In this document: positions 1 through 11,780 of the stretch, piece after piece | Position numbering within the stretch: the stretch's first letter is position 1 | How the letters are laid out: every line of letters begins with the position of its first letter | Translations under genes and position numbers: made by a program | Assembly (NCBI GenBank): GCA_964016885.1 | Contig: OZ024746.1 | Coordinates: 100,502,001-100,566,000, forward strand | Direction of reading: 5' to 3' | Length of the DNA: 64,000 nucleotides | Origin: Eledone cirrhosa | Lineage: Eukaryota | The notes under the pieces: model-generated | What the model saw: only the letters and a program-made list of their open reading frames with translations | What the model was told of the DNA's origin: nothing | The model's database searches: none

Positions 1-210
1 TTTGAGAAGGTCCAGGGGGTACTGGGGCCTAAGGGGGTGGTAGAGATAATATAATAGTATATTAAATATCAAATGATACATATTATATATAAATATAGTA
101 AAATAAAAAATATATTTATTTATACATAGTATATATATTATATTATTTATTATATATAAATTAAAGATTTGTGGAAATAGGGTTGGGGGTGCTGAGGGTA
201 TTACATGGCC
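1..210 (+). mobile_element. Partial hAT-type MITE, same family as 4377-4745
   Basis: Aligns by eye with 4420-4710 (GAGAAGGTCCAGGGGG...GGAAATAGGGTTGGGGG...GTATTACATG) and lacks the internal RTE-tail insert of that copy. Confidence 0.7.
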
Positions 211-629
211 GACACTAACAGAATATATGAGATTCTTTCTTTTCTTCTATTTATAATTAAACTGCTAGTTTACTATAAAGAAAATATACAATATTGCTTA
301 AAAGAATCAAATACAAAAATCATTCAAAATTAAGCAAAGAAAAAACAAAATTATAGATAAGATTATGAAAGTCTGTGTTTGTTTTAAATATGAGAGTGTC
401 TTAGAATTTATTGGGTCATATTGTTATGAGTATAGAATATAACTGAGGACTTCATTCAGTTTGAACCAGTCTAGCAGTGCATTTTTTTGCACCAACAAAT
501 ACACATAGGAAGATTTTAACTAGGACATATTCAGCTCATGAATATGTCAATTATGATTATGTAGTGCTCTGGCATAGTAGTACTCTAATGTTGCTTACAT
601 ACAGTCAGCTGATCTGGACCATTTGAGAA

Positions 630-775
630 TTAACCCTTTAGCATTTAAACCGGCTCTATCTGGCCAGAATTCTCTCACTTCTTTCTGTTCAAATCGGCTG
701 CTCATACTGACATTAAGGTATTCTTTTTAAAATAAATAATATCAAAATCTCATATATTCAATATTATGTATATAA
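630..775 (+). mobile_element. TTAA/piggyBac-type MITE family 1, 5' part, truncated by an RTE fragment
   Basis: TTAA followed by CCCTTTAGCATTTAAACCGG, shared with six other copies in the window. Confidence 0.75.
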
Positions 776-789
776 ATATGTCGCAGTGA

Positions 790-1318
790 TAAGACACATT
801 TCTCAAATGCAGGTGGGTTCTATAGAAGTGATTGATAGCTTCCGGTACCTAGGTGACTAGATTAGCATGGGTGGGGGTGGGGGGTTCCGAGGCCATTGTA
901 TCTAGAATAAGGATGGGTTGGAAGAAGATTAGGGAGCTGCTTCTCTATTGACAAAGGGTTTCTCCCTGCGTATGAAAGGCCAGTTATGTGATGCCTGTGT
1001 GAGATGCGCGATGCTGCATGGTAGTGAGACATGGGCAGCAACTGCGGAGGATATGCGACGGCTGGAGAGAAATGAAGTAAGCATGCCCCGTTGGATGTGC
1101 AACAACCAAGCATAGATGAGTTGAGAGAGAAACTGTGTTTAAGAGGGATAAGTTGTAGTGCGCGGGAGAGAAGACTGCAATGGTGAGAGCATACCTCAGA
1201 TCGCTGAAGCTCACGCAGGAGATGACTAAGGACCGTGACGAGTGGAGAGATGTTGTGCTGAATAGGACCCGTCCCACCCTTGCAAGCAGGGAAAAGCAGA
1301 CGTATGATGATGATGATA
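790..1318 (+). mobile_element. Decayed RTE-clade LINE, 3' portion with (GAT)n tail
   Basis: Frameshifted RT-thumb/C-terminal peptides (FRYLGD..., SRIRMGWKKIRELL, MTKDRDEWRDVV), ending in ...GACGTATGATGATGATGAT. Confidence 0.85.
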
Positions 1319-1360
1319 TATATATATATTAAAATAACAGATTAAAGTTTAAATTAAATA

Positions 1361-1520
1361 AAATAAAATACAGAGGTAAATGAAATTAAATAAATACATA
1401 CATGCATCCATATACGTACAACACACAACTATGGCGAGTGTTTTCGCGTATGCTTGTGTATGTACATATATGGATGCGTGTATGTATTTATTTAATTTCA
1501 TTTACCTCTGTATTTTATTT
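1361..1520. repeat. Long fold-back inverted repeat
   Basis: 1361-1420 is the reverse complement of 1461-1520 with 2 mismatches, and imperfect pairing continues towards the centre. Confidence 0.9.
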
Positions 1521-1562
1521 ACTTTATTTACTCTGAAGCCGAGAATCATTCGGTTTCCTAGT

Positions 1563-1840
1563 TAGAATTTTAGTCTACGACTTCAGTTATACCATTTACG
1601 TGGTTTTGTCTTTGCGTGCAATTGTTCTCACCGCTCCACATATGACGTATTATCTTCGTTTTTTCCGTTCATTGCCAGAGAACGTCTCCACGAACCATCT
1701 AATAGAATATTAGTCTACAACTTCATTTATACCATAAACGTGGTTTTGTCTTTGCATGTAATTGTTTTCATCGCTCCAAATAATGACGTATTATCTTCGT
1801 TTTTTTCCGTTCTTTGCCAGGGAACGTTTCCACGAACCAA
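1563..1840 (+). repeat. Tandem duplication, two ~138-bp units
   Basis: TAGAAT.TTAGTCTAC.ACTTCA...CGTGGTTTTGTCTTTGC...TGACGTATTATCTTCGTTT...CCACGAACCA at ~1563-1697 and ~1703-1840. Confidence 0.9.
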
Positions 1841-1916
1841 AGTATCGTCTTCTTATCTTCCTCCGGTTGCAACGTTTTTTGAAATATTTACTTCTGCGTT
1901 CACAGATTGACTTTTA

Positions 1917-1990
1917 GTTTCAGAAGATCCCGTTAAGGGTGAAAGCAGCGATTCTTTGCTTAAACTTTAATTTGTTATTTCAATAAATAT
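1917..1990 (+). mobile_element. Dispersed repeat terminus (putative Penelope-like) with degenerate hammerhead-like core
   Basis: CAGAAGA-TCCCGTTAAGGGT-GAAA-GCAGCGA; a reverse-complement copy occurs at 15553-15621. Confidence 0.4.
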
Positions 1991-2869
1991 TTGCTCTACG
2001 GTTCTTATATATTTGATATATATTTATCCTTATCGAGCACCGTTTGGATTTTAGTCTTCAAATATATTATTATTACTATTATTATTTATATATATATATA
2101 TATGTAAATATCTTTAAGTCGTTTGGAAGCCTCGACAATGCAAATGGGTAAATCTCCGGGTAACAAGGTCCGGTGGTGGAGAGAGAGATGTAAGTGGGTG
2201 TACGTTGAGATGCGTGGTGTGTATAAGATGTGTGAGATGTGTAGAATGAAGGGAAGAGTATAAAGGATAAAATAAAAATAACAACACAAGAGAGAGTTAC
2301 CTTGGGAGAGATTTAATAGTCCCTATATATTTCGGATTCACATCCATCAACTGGGGTTTTTTTCCGGGGTGGGGGAAAAGGTTGTCTGTCGGACAAGTGC
2401 GGAACGCGTCCTTCGCTGTTTGTTGTTTTGAATATCTTACTCTCTTATATATATATATATATATGCTGTTTACTTGAGAGAAGATTATGTTGGTATGGTC
2501 ATGTGATGCACATGAAAGACGACAGCTGTATAAAAAAAGTGCAGGGTGATCAAAATTGATAGAAGTTACAGAGTAGGTAGATACAGAAAAACCTGGGACG
2601 ACATGATAAAATCCGACCTTGCACACTTACACCCTCTCTAAGACTATGTCACTGGATTGAGATCTTTGGTGCCACGCAGTAATACAAAATACCCGCCTTC
2701 CCTACGTACAAAGTTAACCTAAAGTCAGTAGGCACCTCTTAACCAAATATACACCCCAACCCACTACTCCTACTCCATCATCCCACTCCCACTAACACCA
2801 CCCTTTCTCTGTAAAGTTTTGTTGGTACCACAACATCCAGTCCAAACTAAAGTGGTGGTGTAGGTGTCA

Positions 2870-3106
2870 CGACAAAAAGCACCCAGTCCACACTGTAAAG
2901 TTGTCATGTAGGAGACACGGTAAAAAGGCTCCCAGTCCACACTGTAAATCTGGTTGGTGTTAGGAAGGGCATCCAGCCATAGAAAACCTGCCAGATAGTC
3001 CTATACGAGCGAGATACAGTCACCCGATCAATCTTGCCTCAAGTAGGACAATTCCCGTCTAACCCATGCTAGCATGGAAGATAGACGTTAAACGATAATG
3101 ATGATG
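2870..3106 (+). mobile_element. RTE 3'-UTR/SINE-tail repeat
   Basis: CCCAGTCCACACTGTAAA...GTTAGGAAGGGCATCCAGCC...AACCCATGCTAGCATGGAAGATAGACGTTAAACGATAATGATGATG, the same tail as at 59510-59700. Confidence 0.8.
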
Positions 3107-3224
3107 AAAAAATTCAGGACCCTGACCGTTTCAACAGCTAGATCCAAACTCATATATATATATCTGCTAAAACTTCATCCAGCAGTGGATTCAAAACAGT
3201 TATGTAGACATAATTTAAAGAGAG

Positions 3225-3350
3225 CAGATTGGCAGAGTCAGAATGTAGGATAAAATATGTTCTTGCTCTCTGTAACTCTGAGTTCAAAATCCACTGAGGT
3301 CAACTTTGCCTTTCATCCCTCACTGGGATCAATAAAATACCAGTCCAGTC
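3225..3350 (+). mobile_element. SINE family B (tRNA-like head plus Nin/Deu-like domain), partial
   Basis: GAGTTCAAA B-box-like motif followed by GAGGTCAACTTTGCCTTTCATCC...AATAAAATACCAGT. Confidence 0.7.
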
Positions 3351-3689
3351 CAGTGGAGTAAATTGGTAAAATTGTTAGCATATCAAATGGAATGTCCAAC
3401 AATATTTGTTCAACTTCTGTGTCCTGAGTATGAATTAAAATAAAACGACTATTCTACGCCATTACAGTTCTAAACAGAACTCACCAATCAATAAAATAAA
3501 CACATTGTCAAACTCTGCTCTTGTAAATGAACCCTGTAGCTATTATATACATGATTTGTAAAGGATGACATTTGAGGTGAAGCTCAGGGACATTGCTCCA
3601 AATACTTCTCCAAGTCAAAATTAAACAGGTTGTCATGTGGTATTGCTGTTTATATTTCACTAGCTGTTATTTTTTGACAGAGAACTTAT

Positions 3690-4310
3690 CATTTTATGTC
3701 TGTTGCTCTATGCTTGCATGTGTTGGACAAGTCCTTTTCAGTACTGCATCTCTCCACTCATCATATTCCTTAGTCTGCATTTCTGTAAACGTCATTGATT
3801 TGAGATAAGCTCTTCCCACCTCCGTGCAGGTCTTCTTGCTTTTACTCTACTGTGGCTTCCCTCCACTGGGATTACTTAACACTTCTTCACCCACACCTCA
3901 TGGCAGCCAACATCACTTGACATGGACACGAAAGAGCCATCGCTGACCATGACCGTTGGGGACTACTTACTGCTCGATGCACTGAAAGGTGCAGAAGAAC
4001 CCAAGACTAAGACTTCACCCAATGATCATAATCCATGCACATCATATGTCCATACCCTCACAATCTTCTCTCTTGCACACTATATCTGATTCTTCTTAAA
4101 TCTAGTTTCTCTCAATTTACCCATGCTTTGTCATTCTCATACATTAACAATGCACATCCATCGAAGCATGCTTCCCTTATTACCCCCCAGCATTCACATG
4201 TCCTCTGTATTCACTGCCCATCACTCACTACCACGCAGCATCACCCTTCACACACAGACATCATACACAAGACCTTTCATTCGTCCAAAGAAACCTTTTG
4301 TTGTGTTCAA
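3690..4310 (-). mobile_element. Decayed RTE LINE 3' portion containing a nested insertion
   Basis: Reverse-complement similarity to 790-1318; same orientation as 60255-61845 (GCACATCATATGTCCATACC...CAATCTTCTCTCTTGCACAC). Confidence 0.85.
3894..4012 (+). mobile_element. Short 3' end of a different non-LTR retroelement nested in the RTE
   Basis: Flanked by the direct repeat CTTCACCCA (3885-3893 and 4013-4021); encodes AIADHDRWGLLTARC-like C-terminus and ends in AAGACTAAGACT. Confidence 0.65.
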
Positions 4311-4376
4311 AAATACAACACATAGTGAAGTGCTTTATGAAATTACTGTGAGTCACTCTTTAATAAGACTTTAGAT

Positions 4377-4745
4377 CCGAGGTTCTCAAAGTGAGCGCTA
4401 CCACCCCCAGCAAGGAGTTGAGAAGGTCCAGGGGGCTAGAGGAGCAGTAGAGATGATATAATAGTATATTAAATGATACATATTATATACAAATATAGTA
4501 AAATAAAAAATATATATAATATTTATTTATACATCATCATCATCATTTCATCATTTCATTTTACGTCCACTTTTTCCCTGCTTGCAAGGGTTTATATTAT
4601 ATTATTTATTATATATAAATTGACGTTTTTATTATATATTATTTACAATTTGCATGTAGGCAGGTCAATCTGGAAATAGGGTTGGGGGCACTGGGGGTAT
4701 TACATGACCATGAGGGGGGAGGGCCAAAAGGTTTGAGAACCTCTC
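4377..4745 (+). mobile_element. Complete hAT-type MITE
   Basis: Imperfect TIRs CCGAGGTTCTCAAA / TTTGAGAACCTCTC and 8-bp TSD CTTTAGAT on both sides (4369-4376, 4746-4753); RTE-tail insert at ~4531-4590. Confidence 0.85.
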
Positions 4746-5594
4746 CTTTAGATGGTGAGGTATATCAACAATATATCAGTTTTAGAGAGTACAACATTGA
4801 GTTACAAACCAGTAATATACACTCAAGTTTCTCTCCAAATTCAGCCTAAGAAAATGTTAGGATGCTTTTTGTCATACCTACGGCCAAAAGGCATTCTGTG
4901 ACCATTGAACCCTTTCTACAGAAATAAGTATCTTCAAATACTGTTGCTCCTGTGTGGGCCTATACAATCACAGCAGACACTGCATCACCGTCAGCAGCTG
5001 ACACAAAATTCTCTAGGCACAGATCCATGATCTCTCGAGACCAAAATATAATTTTTTTTTTTTTAATTATCTAACGTGCTTTTCTATTTTCAAGATGACA
5101 GGATGTGGATTTGTGGGAGCTCTGGTGATTATTTAAAAGAGGTCAAGCAACAACAAAAAGTCTCTTTTGTCGACACATATACATACTGAAACTTTAGTCT
5201 CGGGTCACCCTAAGACCTATGGCCAAAGGCATTCCAGCCATGACCATCTACCTTTTAGGGATATTGTCATATCTTTTTCTTACCTTAGATGGTAAGGTGT
5301 AATTTTGAGGCAGATTTGGCAACTATTTCTAGCAAATCAAAGCAACAATGTAAAGGCTCCCTACTAGAAAATATACATATTCAAATATACTTGCATGGCA
5401 GATTTGGGTGTCTTTTACTTGGTTCTATTGTTTTAGAAGTTAGTCTGACAACCCATAGAAAAAAATGGTAAATGAATTTTCCTAAGATATTACATCTGGT
5501 AATCTCTGCATCATCAGAAACGTAGTTTATAACAGGTATGTTGCAGTATTCTTTTGACATGGACTTTGGATGAAACTATGTACATTCAATGTGG

Positions 5595-5910
5595 AGGCAC
5601 TCTGTTGGTTACGACGAATGTTCCAGTTGATCCAATCAATGGAACAGCCTGCTCATGAAATTAATGTGCAAGTGGCTGAACATTCCACAGACATGTGTAC
5701 CCTTTACGTAATTTTCTGGGAGATTCAGTGTGATAGTGTGTGACTAGTCCTTTGAACTACAGGTACAATTCATTTTTGCCAGCTGAGTGGACTGGAGCAA
5801 TATGAAATAAAGTAACTTGCTCAAGGACACAACACGCCGCTAGGAATCGAACATACAACCTCACGATTGTGAGCTAAATACCCTAACCACTAATCCACGC
5901 ACCTTCACAG
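5595..5910 (-). mobile_element. SINE family A (tRNA-derived head plus CORE/Meta-like domain), near full length
   Basis: On -: TAGTGGTTAGGG (A-box), GTTCGATTCC (B-box), then GTTGTGTCCTTGAGCAAG. Confidence 0.85.
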
Positions 5911-7182
5911 TGAATATAGAAGTATCATCAACAGTCAGCTATAAAGGTCCAGAGTTGTGTAATGATCTGCAGCTACAATCTCATTTGAGCTTGCCAAACA
6001 AGGTGTGAGGACGATCCTTCAGTTTTGTGTCAAAAGACATGACAACTTCTCTGCACTTGATAATGACTGTACGTAAGCAGAATACAGACAGCCTCAGCCT
6101 GTCTGGTCTATGTAGATCCATCCAACCCTTGCTAGCAGAGAAAATGGATGTTAAATGATGATGATGAGCTAAATATGGCCTTTGCTTTTAAATGGAACCA
6201 AATTTCATGAATCAGGCAATTTAAAGAAAGAAGGAAGTGTCTTATCCTGCAGAACAATAATATGGCTATTGTAAGGTTTGAACATATGAGAATATGATTA
6301 GTAGTCCAGCACCTTAACCTTATTTCCATAGTGACTCATCTTTAAGCCAGCGATAAGGATGCTATAGTAATCAATACTTCTACAACTCACTAGATATAAT
6401 GATGTATGCCTACACACACACATTTTATCATGTTTTAATATCTATTTTTCCCTATGCTAGACATTCAGCAGAAAAGTAAATTACCACTCTTCTCAATTCT
6501 GAGTCATTTCATCAGTGAAAACCAAATTGTTACCTCAGATACCTGTCTGTCTATCATAATCTTTTCCATAGTATTTACACCCAATACTTATAAATATGTG
6601 TATGGCCGGAGATCAGAAATGAAAATCTGTGGGAACGAGACAGGAACCAGTGGCAAAGCAGATTCTGCAGAGGAAGTGGAGCTGGATTAGACATACCCTC
6701 AGGAAACGAGTATCCAACACCACATGCCAAGCCCTGACCTACAAACAGTAGGGTAAAAAGAAGAGAGGCCAGTCTTGTGGTAACAGGAGTCAAGACACTG
6801 AGGCTGAATTAAGAAAATTGGAAGACAATTGGAGTGGTGAGAGTAGCCCAGGATTGAGTGGCCTATGCTCCATAGAGAGCAATGGGGCTGAATGAATGAT
6901 GTGTGTGAAAGAGATACTAGTTCTTTCTTAGGTACAAAGCAAAGTTCACCATATATTGCTTGTATATATTTTATTAACCATCTTTGAGAGATGAAAATCA
7001 AAGCTGAAACAACATATAAACCCAGAATATAAGAGGAAACAAAAAAAGGGGGGTATAGGGACCTTAACTCCTGATTGAATCACAGTGTGCCATCCTGACA
7101 CACTAAATGTCTAAGGTATTTTAAAACCTGACAAAACCCACCCATCTCCAGGTCAGAACATGGCCAATTTCTTTCAAAGAAA

Positions 7183-7233
<51 letters not shown>

Positions 7234-7234
7234 G

Positions 7235-7450
7235 CCCTCAGTACTGGACTGATACTTTATCAACCTCAAAATGATGAAAGGCAAAGTTGACCTCAGCAGT
7301 ATTTGAATGCAGAGCACAGTGAACCAGAAAAAATACTGAGATATTTTTAATCCAATGCCCTAACAACTCTGCAAAATACCCCACCTTGAACTTAAGAAGA
7401 ATAAGAGTAAATATAGTAAAAGCAATGATTTCTAAGCTATGGTACACAGA
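7235..7450 (-). mobile_element. SINE family B, next to an A-run (7184-7230)
   Basis: TACTTTATCAACCTC...GATGAAAGGCAAAGTTGACCTCAGCAGTATTTGAA, the reverse complement of the family consensus. Confidence 0.7.
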
Positions 7451-7714
7451 GTAATGGGGATAGGGTAGATGCATGAACTCGTTGAGTAAACAGTTCAAAA
7501 CTTGGAGTCTACAGGAAAATTCACTTAACCCTGTTGATTCCAAACCACTCGTTTTTATGATGAAAAAAAAACGTTTGTTTTAAAGAGTTCATATTTATGT
7601 TTACACCTTCCATAGTTTTTTTGTGAGAACCTTTTTCTTATGTTTTAAACATCAGCTTAATAAGAGAAAGTTAACTCTAATACTCTCCACATTTTTTTAT
7701 CTTCTTCTTCGCAC

Positions 7715-8470
7715 ACTTATTCCTTCCAGCAGGTCCTGTCAGAAGCAACCATCTCCAACTGATCCTGCTGGATCCCCAAGCTAGACCTAACCCTAACCCC
7801 AACCATCTTGCTTGGGGTCTACTCCTGGGTCTCCTGCCGGTTGGTTTTGCCTGTAAAATCTGTCCAGTGATTCTTTCCTGAGACATTCTAACCACATGTC
7901 TGTAGTATTGGAGCTGTGATCTCTCAATCCGAGAAGTAGCGGCTCTACCCGGAATGACTCTCTGGTCTCTGAGCTACGCACTTTATTGAGTAAAGTTACT
8001 CCAAAGACCCTTCTGAGGAACCGTATTTCAGCCGCTTGTATTCTTTTGATCATTATCCAAGATTCATGATCATAGGTAAAGGTTGGCATGAAAACCGAAT
8101 TGAAGACAACAAGTTTGGCCTTTACACCTATCTCCCTTTATCTGAATGCTGAGGCTGGCACACTACTGCACCGGTTCCTGCAATTCTTACACTTAATTCA
8201 GTCTCCTGCCTTCTATCAGTCGTGAACACGACCCCAAGATACTTGAACTTCTCTACCTTCTTTAGTAGAACCCCATTCACATGTAGCAAACATCCTTGAG
8301 AGGTCAAGAGTCTCAGTTTTTGTAGCACTGATTTTCATTGCAGCACTCAGCATCAAACCTATCAAGTGCAAGTTGAAGATCACCTGTCAAGTTAAGTAAC
8401 ACCATGTCGCCTGCAAATTCCAGCTGATTGATTTTACACACACCAATCGTGATACCACTCCAACCCTGTC
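7715..8470 (-). mobile_element. Decayed RTE LINE of a second family (Rex3/Expander-like), RT to C-terminus
   Basis: Peptides FAGDMVLL (degenerate F/YADD), VEKFKYLGVVFT, HESWIMIKRIQAAEIRFLRRVFGVTLLNKVRSS, VEPLLL, KPTGRRPRSRPQARW across frameshifts. Confidence 0.85.
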
Positions 8471-8801
8471 AATCCTGTCCTGCTAGATAACAGGTCGCAG
8501 GTGGTGGATAACATTATGACCACCAGATACGCTAGTTAGTTGCAACATTTTTTATTATTTTCAAATTTATTTGAAGATCATAAGCAGTGTCTTACATTAG
8601 TAATATGGAAATGAAAGGATTAAATAATGAAGGTCTTTGGCAACAAATTCCTTGGCTTATATTCAAGTCTATATGGTAAGTCACCATTTCTTTCTGTCAC
8701 TCAGAGCAATACTCTAAAAATCTGAATCTAAAGTAGTTTGACTGCTTCGTTTTTTTTTTTTGTTTCTTCTTATCAGAAACAGTAAACAGAAGCAGTGCTC
8801 T

Positions 8802-9024
8802 TTAACCTTTAGCATTTAAACCGGCCATATCCGGCCAGAATTCTCTCACCTCTTTCTGTTCAAACTGGCCGTAACTAGCCGCTCATACTGACGTTAAGGT
8901 ATTGTTCTCAAAATAAATAATATCAAAATCTCATAGATTCGATATCATATGAGATAATTGTGTAAGATAAAACATTTACCGCAAAAATACAATAGTAAAT
9001 ATAATGTAAATGCTAAAACGTTAA
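8802..9024 (+). mobile_element. TTAA/piggyBac-type MITE family 1, complete
   Basis: TTAA at both ends; imperfect TIR CCTTTAGCATTTA / TAAATGCTAAAACG. Confidence 0.8.
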
Positions 9025-9274
9025 TGAATGAATATTCACTACATCCACAGAGATATGAATTTTTACTACTCACCCAGCTATATATTTACTTTATGTGATA
9101 TACTTTATTTAATTACAGGGCTTATGGTGATTTTCAGTGGAAGCTATCTCACTATCATTGTCAGAAATATCAATAAACACTCCAATTACTATGTGTGTTC
9201 TGTGATTTTTAAATCATATCATATCATCTTATTCCACTTAGTCAAGTGTTTCTAGGTATTATTTACCAACACAA

Positions 9275-9505
9275 GGGCAGTGGAGCAGCAGTATCGGTAG
9301 AGCATCAGGTAACATGCTTTGCTACATATAGTTATGGCCCTTTATGGTCTGACTTCAAATCGCACCAGACGTTAACTCTGCTTTTCATAATTTCGGGGTT
9401 AATAAAATAAAGTACCAGTAACACACTAGGGTTGATTTAATCGACTTTCCCTCCCTACCCACCAAACTGTTGGCTTTGTGCCTAAATCAGGAACTATTAT
9501 TATTA
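9275..9505 (+). mobile_element. SINE family B, near full length
   Basis: Head GGCAGTGGAGCAGCAGTATCGGTAGAGC, GCTTTTCAT...GGGGTTAATAAAATAAAGTACCAGT, tail ACTATTATTATT. Confidence 0.75.
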
Positions 9506-9599
9506 GATAATAGACTGGAGTGATGCAGTTGTCTTACCTTTTTTGCAAGAAGGGAGCTAGATACTGCAAGAACTACTGAGGTATAAACCTTATTGACGT

Positions 9600-9820
9600 T
9601 GTTGCAAAGGTCATTGCTTTCATGTTGCTGAGAAAGTTCAGAACAAGCACAACCACCGAACAAGGACAAACCACCTGGGCCCCAAGTGTGTTTGGTACGA
9701 GCCATTGGAATCACGATTGATTGGCCATCACCAATTTAATTGTCTCTGATCATTGTGCATGGTCTGTATTCATGAGGGACACTGTCAATTCCTCAACCCA
9801 CCCTGGTAGAACAGCACCAC
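9600..9820 (+). pseudogene. Degenerate Tc1/mariner transposase C-terminal remnant
   Basis: Across a frameshift reads DWPSP.../LIVSDHCAWSVFMRDTVNSSTHP, resembling the conserved WPPxSPDLNPLDYxxWS motif. Confidence 0.5.
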
Positions 9821-10346
9821 AAATACAAGCATGGGTTGGACGGGTCTATATAAAACAAATCAGTACTGAAACAGTGCTACTCATCTCCCAGACATGTCAG
9901 GGATCTGTCTTATTTATATATGGTCTTACATTCTACTGAGTGCACAGGAGAGGTGTCATGTTTTGACACAACTGAAGCTCCCCCCCCCCCCAACTCTTTT
10001 ATATGTATGTATATATATATATATTATCCAGTTGATGAAAATTGGTTGATCATATAATCTGCCGATTTTTTCATAAACAGACGTGAAGCACTCAACGATT
10101 TGTATTCCTTAGGATTTTCTTGGTAAGGTATCAACTGGAGTTTCTACATAATAAATATGTGTACTGGTCAGTGATGTAAATACCACGAGAAACCAGTAAC
10201 ATATCAATTGATAGGAAAACACATATTACACTATCTGATGAAAACATACTAGGGGTTATTATATAACCAGTGACATCTTTGAAATACATATAATAGAATT
10301 ATGTAATAAAATGAAGATGTACAAATAAAACCGTCTCTCTTATTTA

Positions 10347-10390
<44 letters not shown>

Positions 10391-11049
10391 CATGGTGGCT
10401 CAATGTGTGGTGGGTGTTTGATCAAAAACAGATATATTGTTTTTGGTTCACGGTCAACTGGAACCCAGCTGGACAGCAACTATCTCTATTGTTTCTTCCA
10501 GATGCTGTCCAGGTACGTATTCGCTGTCCTCCACCACCAATACTCACTCAAAGCATTTATGTGACCATGTAAATAAAACTCATCAAAAGCAATATCTCAG
10601 CGGAAGTCCTGAACCACCTGCTGACCTCAGGCTCCTACCTTCACCAAATCTCTATTCTTTGTATGAAACCTCTAAAGAATATATCGAAACTACTAGAGAC
10701 CCTTTCCCATAATTAGAAGTGCTAATGACCTTTTGACCAGGTCATCTCAAACACTTGGTTTCTTTCTGACTGTTCTGAGTAAGAAAGACACCGTGGTGTA
10801 AGCAGCATTCTTGAGGACAATACCCTCAGAAGGCTAGCTGCAAAGGTTATTTGTAAGTTTGTTGTATGTTAACTGGGTGAAGAACAGTCTGTGCTACTTG
10901 GGGTCTATGTAGCAGGTGTGTGTATGAGCATGCCATCCCATGCAGCTAATCAATTCATTGAAGGCTCCCCAACCTGGCTCAACAGACCCCTAGCATCTAG
11001 TGAAATCTGTCTTAACAAATGCCTTCAACTAATAACACTGAGATCACCG

Positions 11050-11250
11050 TTAGCATCAAACCGGCCATATCCGGCCAGAACTCTCTCACCTTTTTCTGTT
11101 CAAACCAGCCATAACTGGCCACTCATACTGATGTTAAGGTATTGTTCTCAAAATAAATAATATCAAAATCTCATAGCTTTGATATTATGTGAGGTAAAGC
11201 CTTTACTGTGAAAATATAATAGTATATATAAAGTAATGTAAATGCTTATG
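11050..11250 (+). mobile_element. TTAA/piggyBac-type MITE family 1
   Basis: AAACCGGCCATATCCGGCCAGAA...AATGTAAATGCT shared with 8802-9024. Confidence 0.8.
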
Positions 11251-11664
11251 GAAGTTTGCCTTAGTAAAGCCACATCACATCTCACATAGTATCACAGCAT
11301 AATTCAGTGTTTGGTACTTTGATAAGTATAAACAGACCTGCAGATACTATCTACCACACCCTTTACTCAGCAGTCCCTGTATTATCAAGTATCAGTCTAA
11401 AGATTAGGTTGTCAAATCAGAGCTTGTGAATATCAACTTTGACACTAAATTTTGAGGCCTTTGTCAAGAATGTGCACTTGTCATGATCCTGTGCAGTTGA
11501 CCTCAAAGAAAGACGTGTGTATCCTTTATTCGTGAATCACCCCACCTGCTGTCTAACTAGCTCTGAAATCTAAGATCCACCAATTCTAAAGTCTCATGAG
11601 CCAACTATCTGATTGGCATGACTGGCTCTTTACCTCTAGATGAAATTTAATCTAAGTTTGCATG

Positions 11665-11780
11665 AAGGCACATAGGCTAGTGTTTGCAGTGCTAGACTCA
11701 CAATCATAAGGCTGTGAGCTCAATTCCTGGACCAGGTGGTGTTGTATTCTTGAGCAAGATGCTTCAATTCACATCACCTT
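11665..11780 (+). mobile_element. SINE family A head fragment
   Basis: GACTCACAATCATAAGG...CAATTCCTGGACC...TTCTTGAGCAAGA; similar fragments at ~13180-13260 (+) and ~33920-33990 (-). Confidence 0.6.

Noticed and set aside
4915-5050. GC-richer patch as a candidate exon
   Set aside because: No convincing donor on either strand and no recognisable peptide.
9685-9705. Histone H3/CenH3 gene (MARTKHT)
   Set aside because: Similarity is limited to 7 codons, no histone fold follows, and the opposite strand is better explained as a transposase remnant.
10482-10518. 11-nt microexon (TTCTTCCAG|ATGCTGTCCAG|GTACGT)
   Set aside because: It is frame-shifting, lies upstream of the putative + promoter, is part of a short inverted repeat in TE-like sequence, and has no supporting neighbouring exons.
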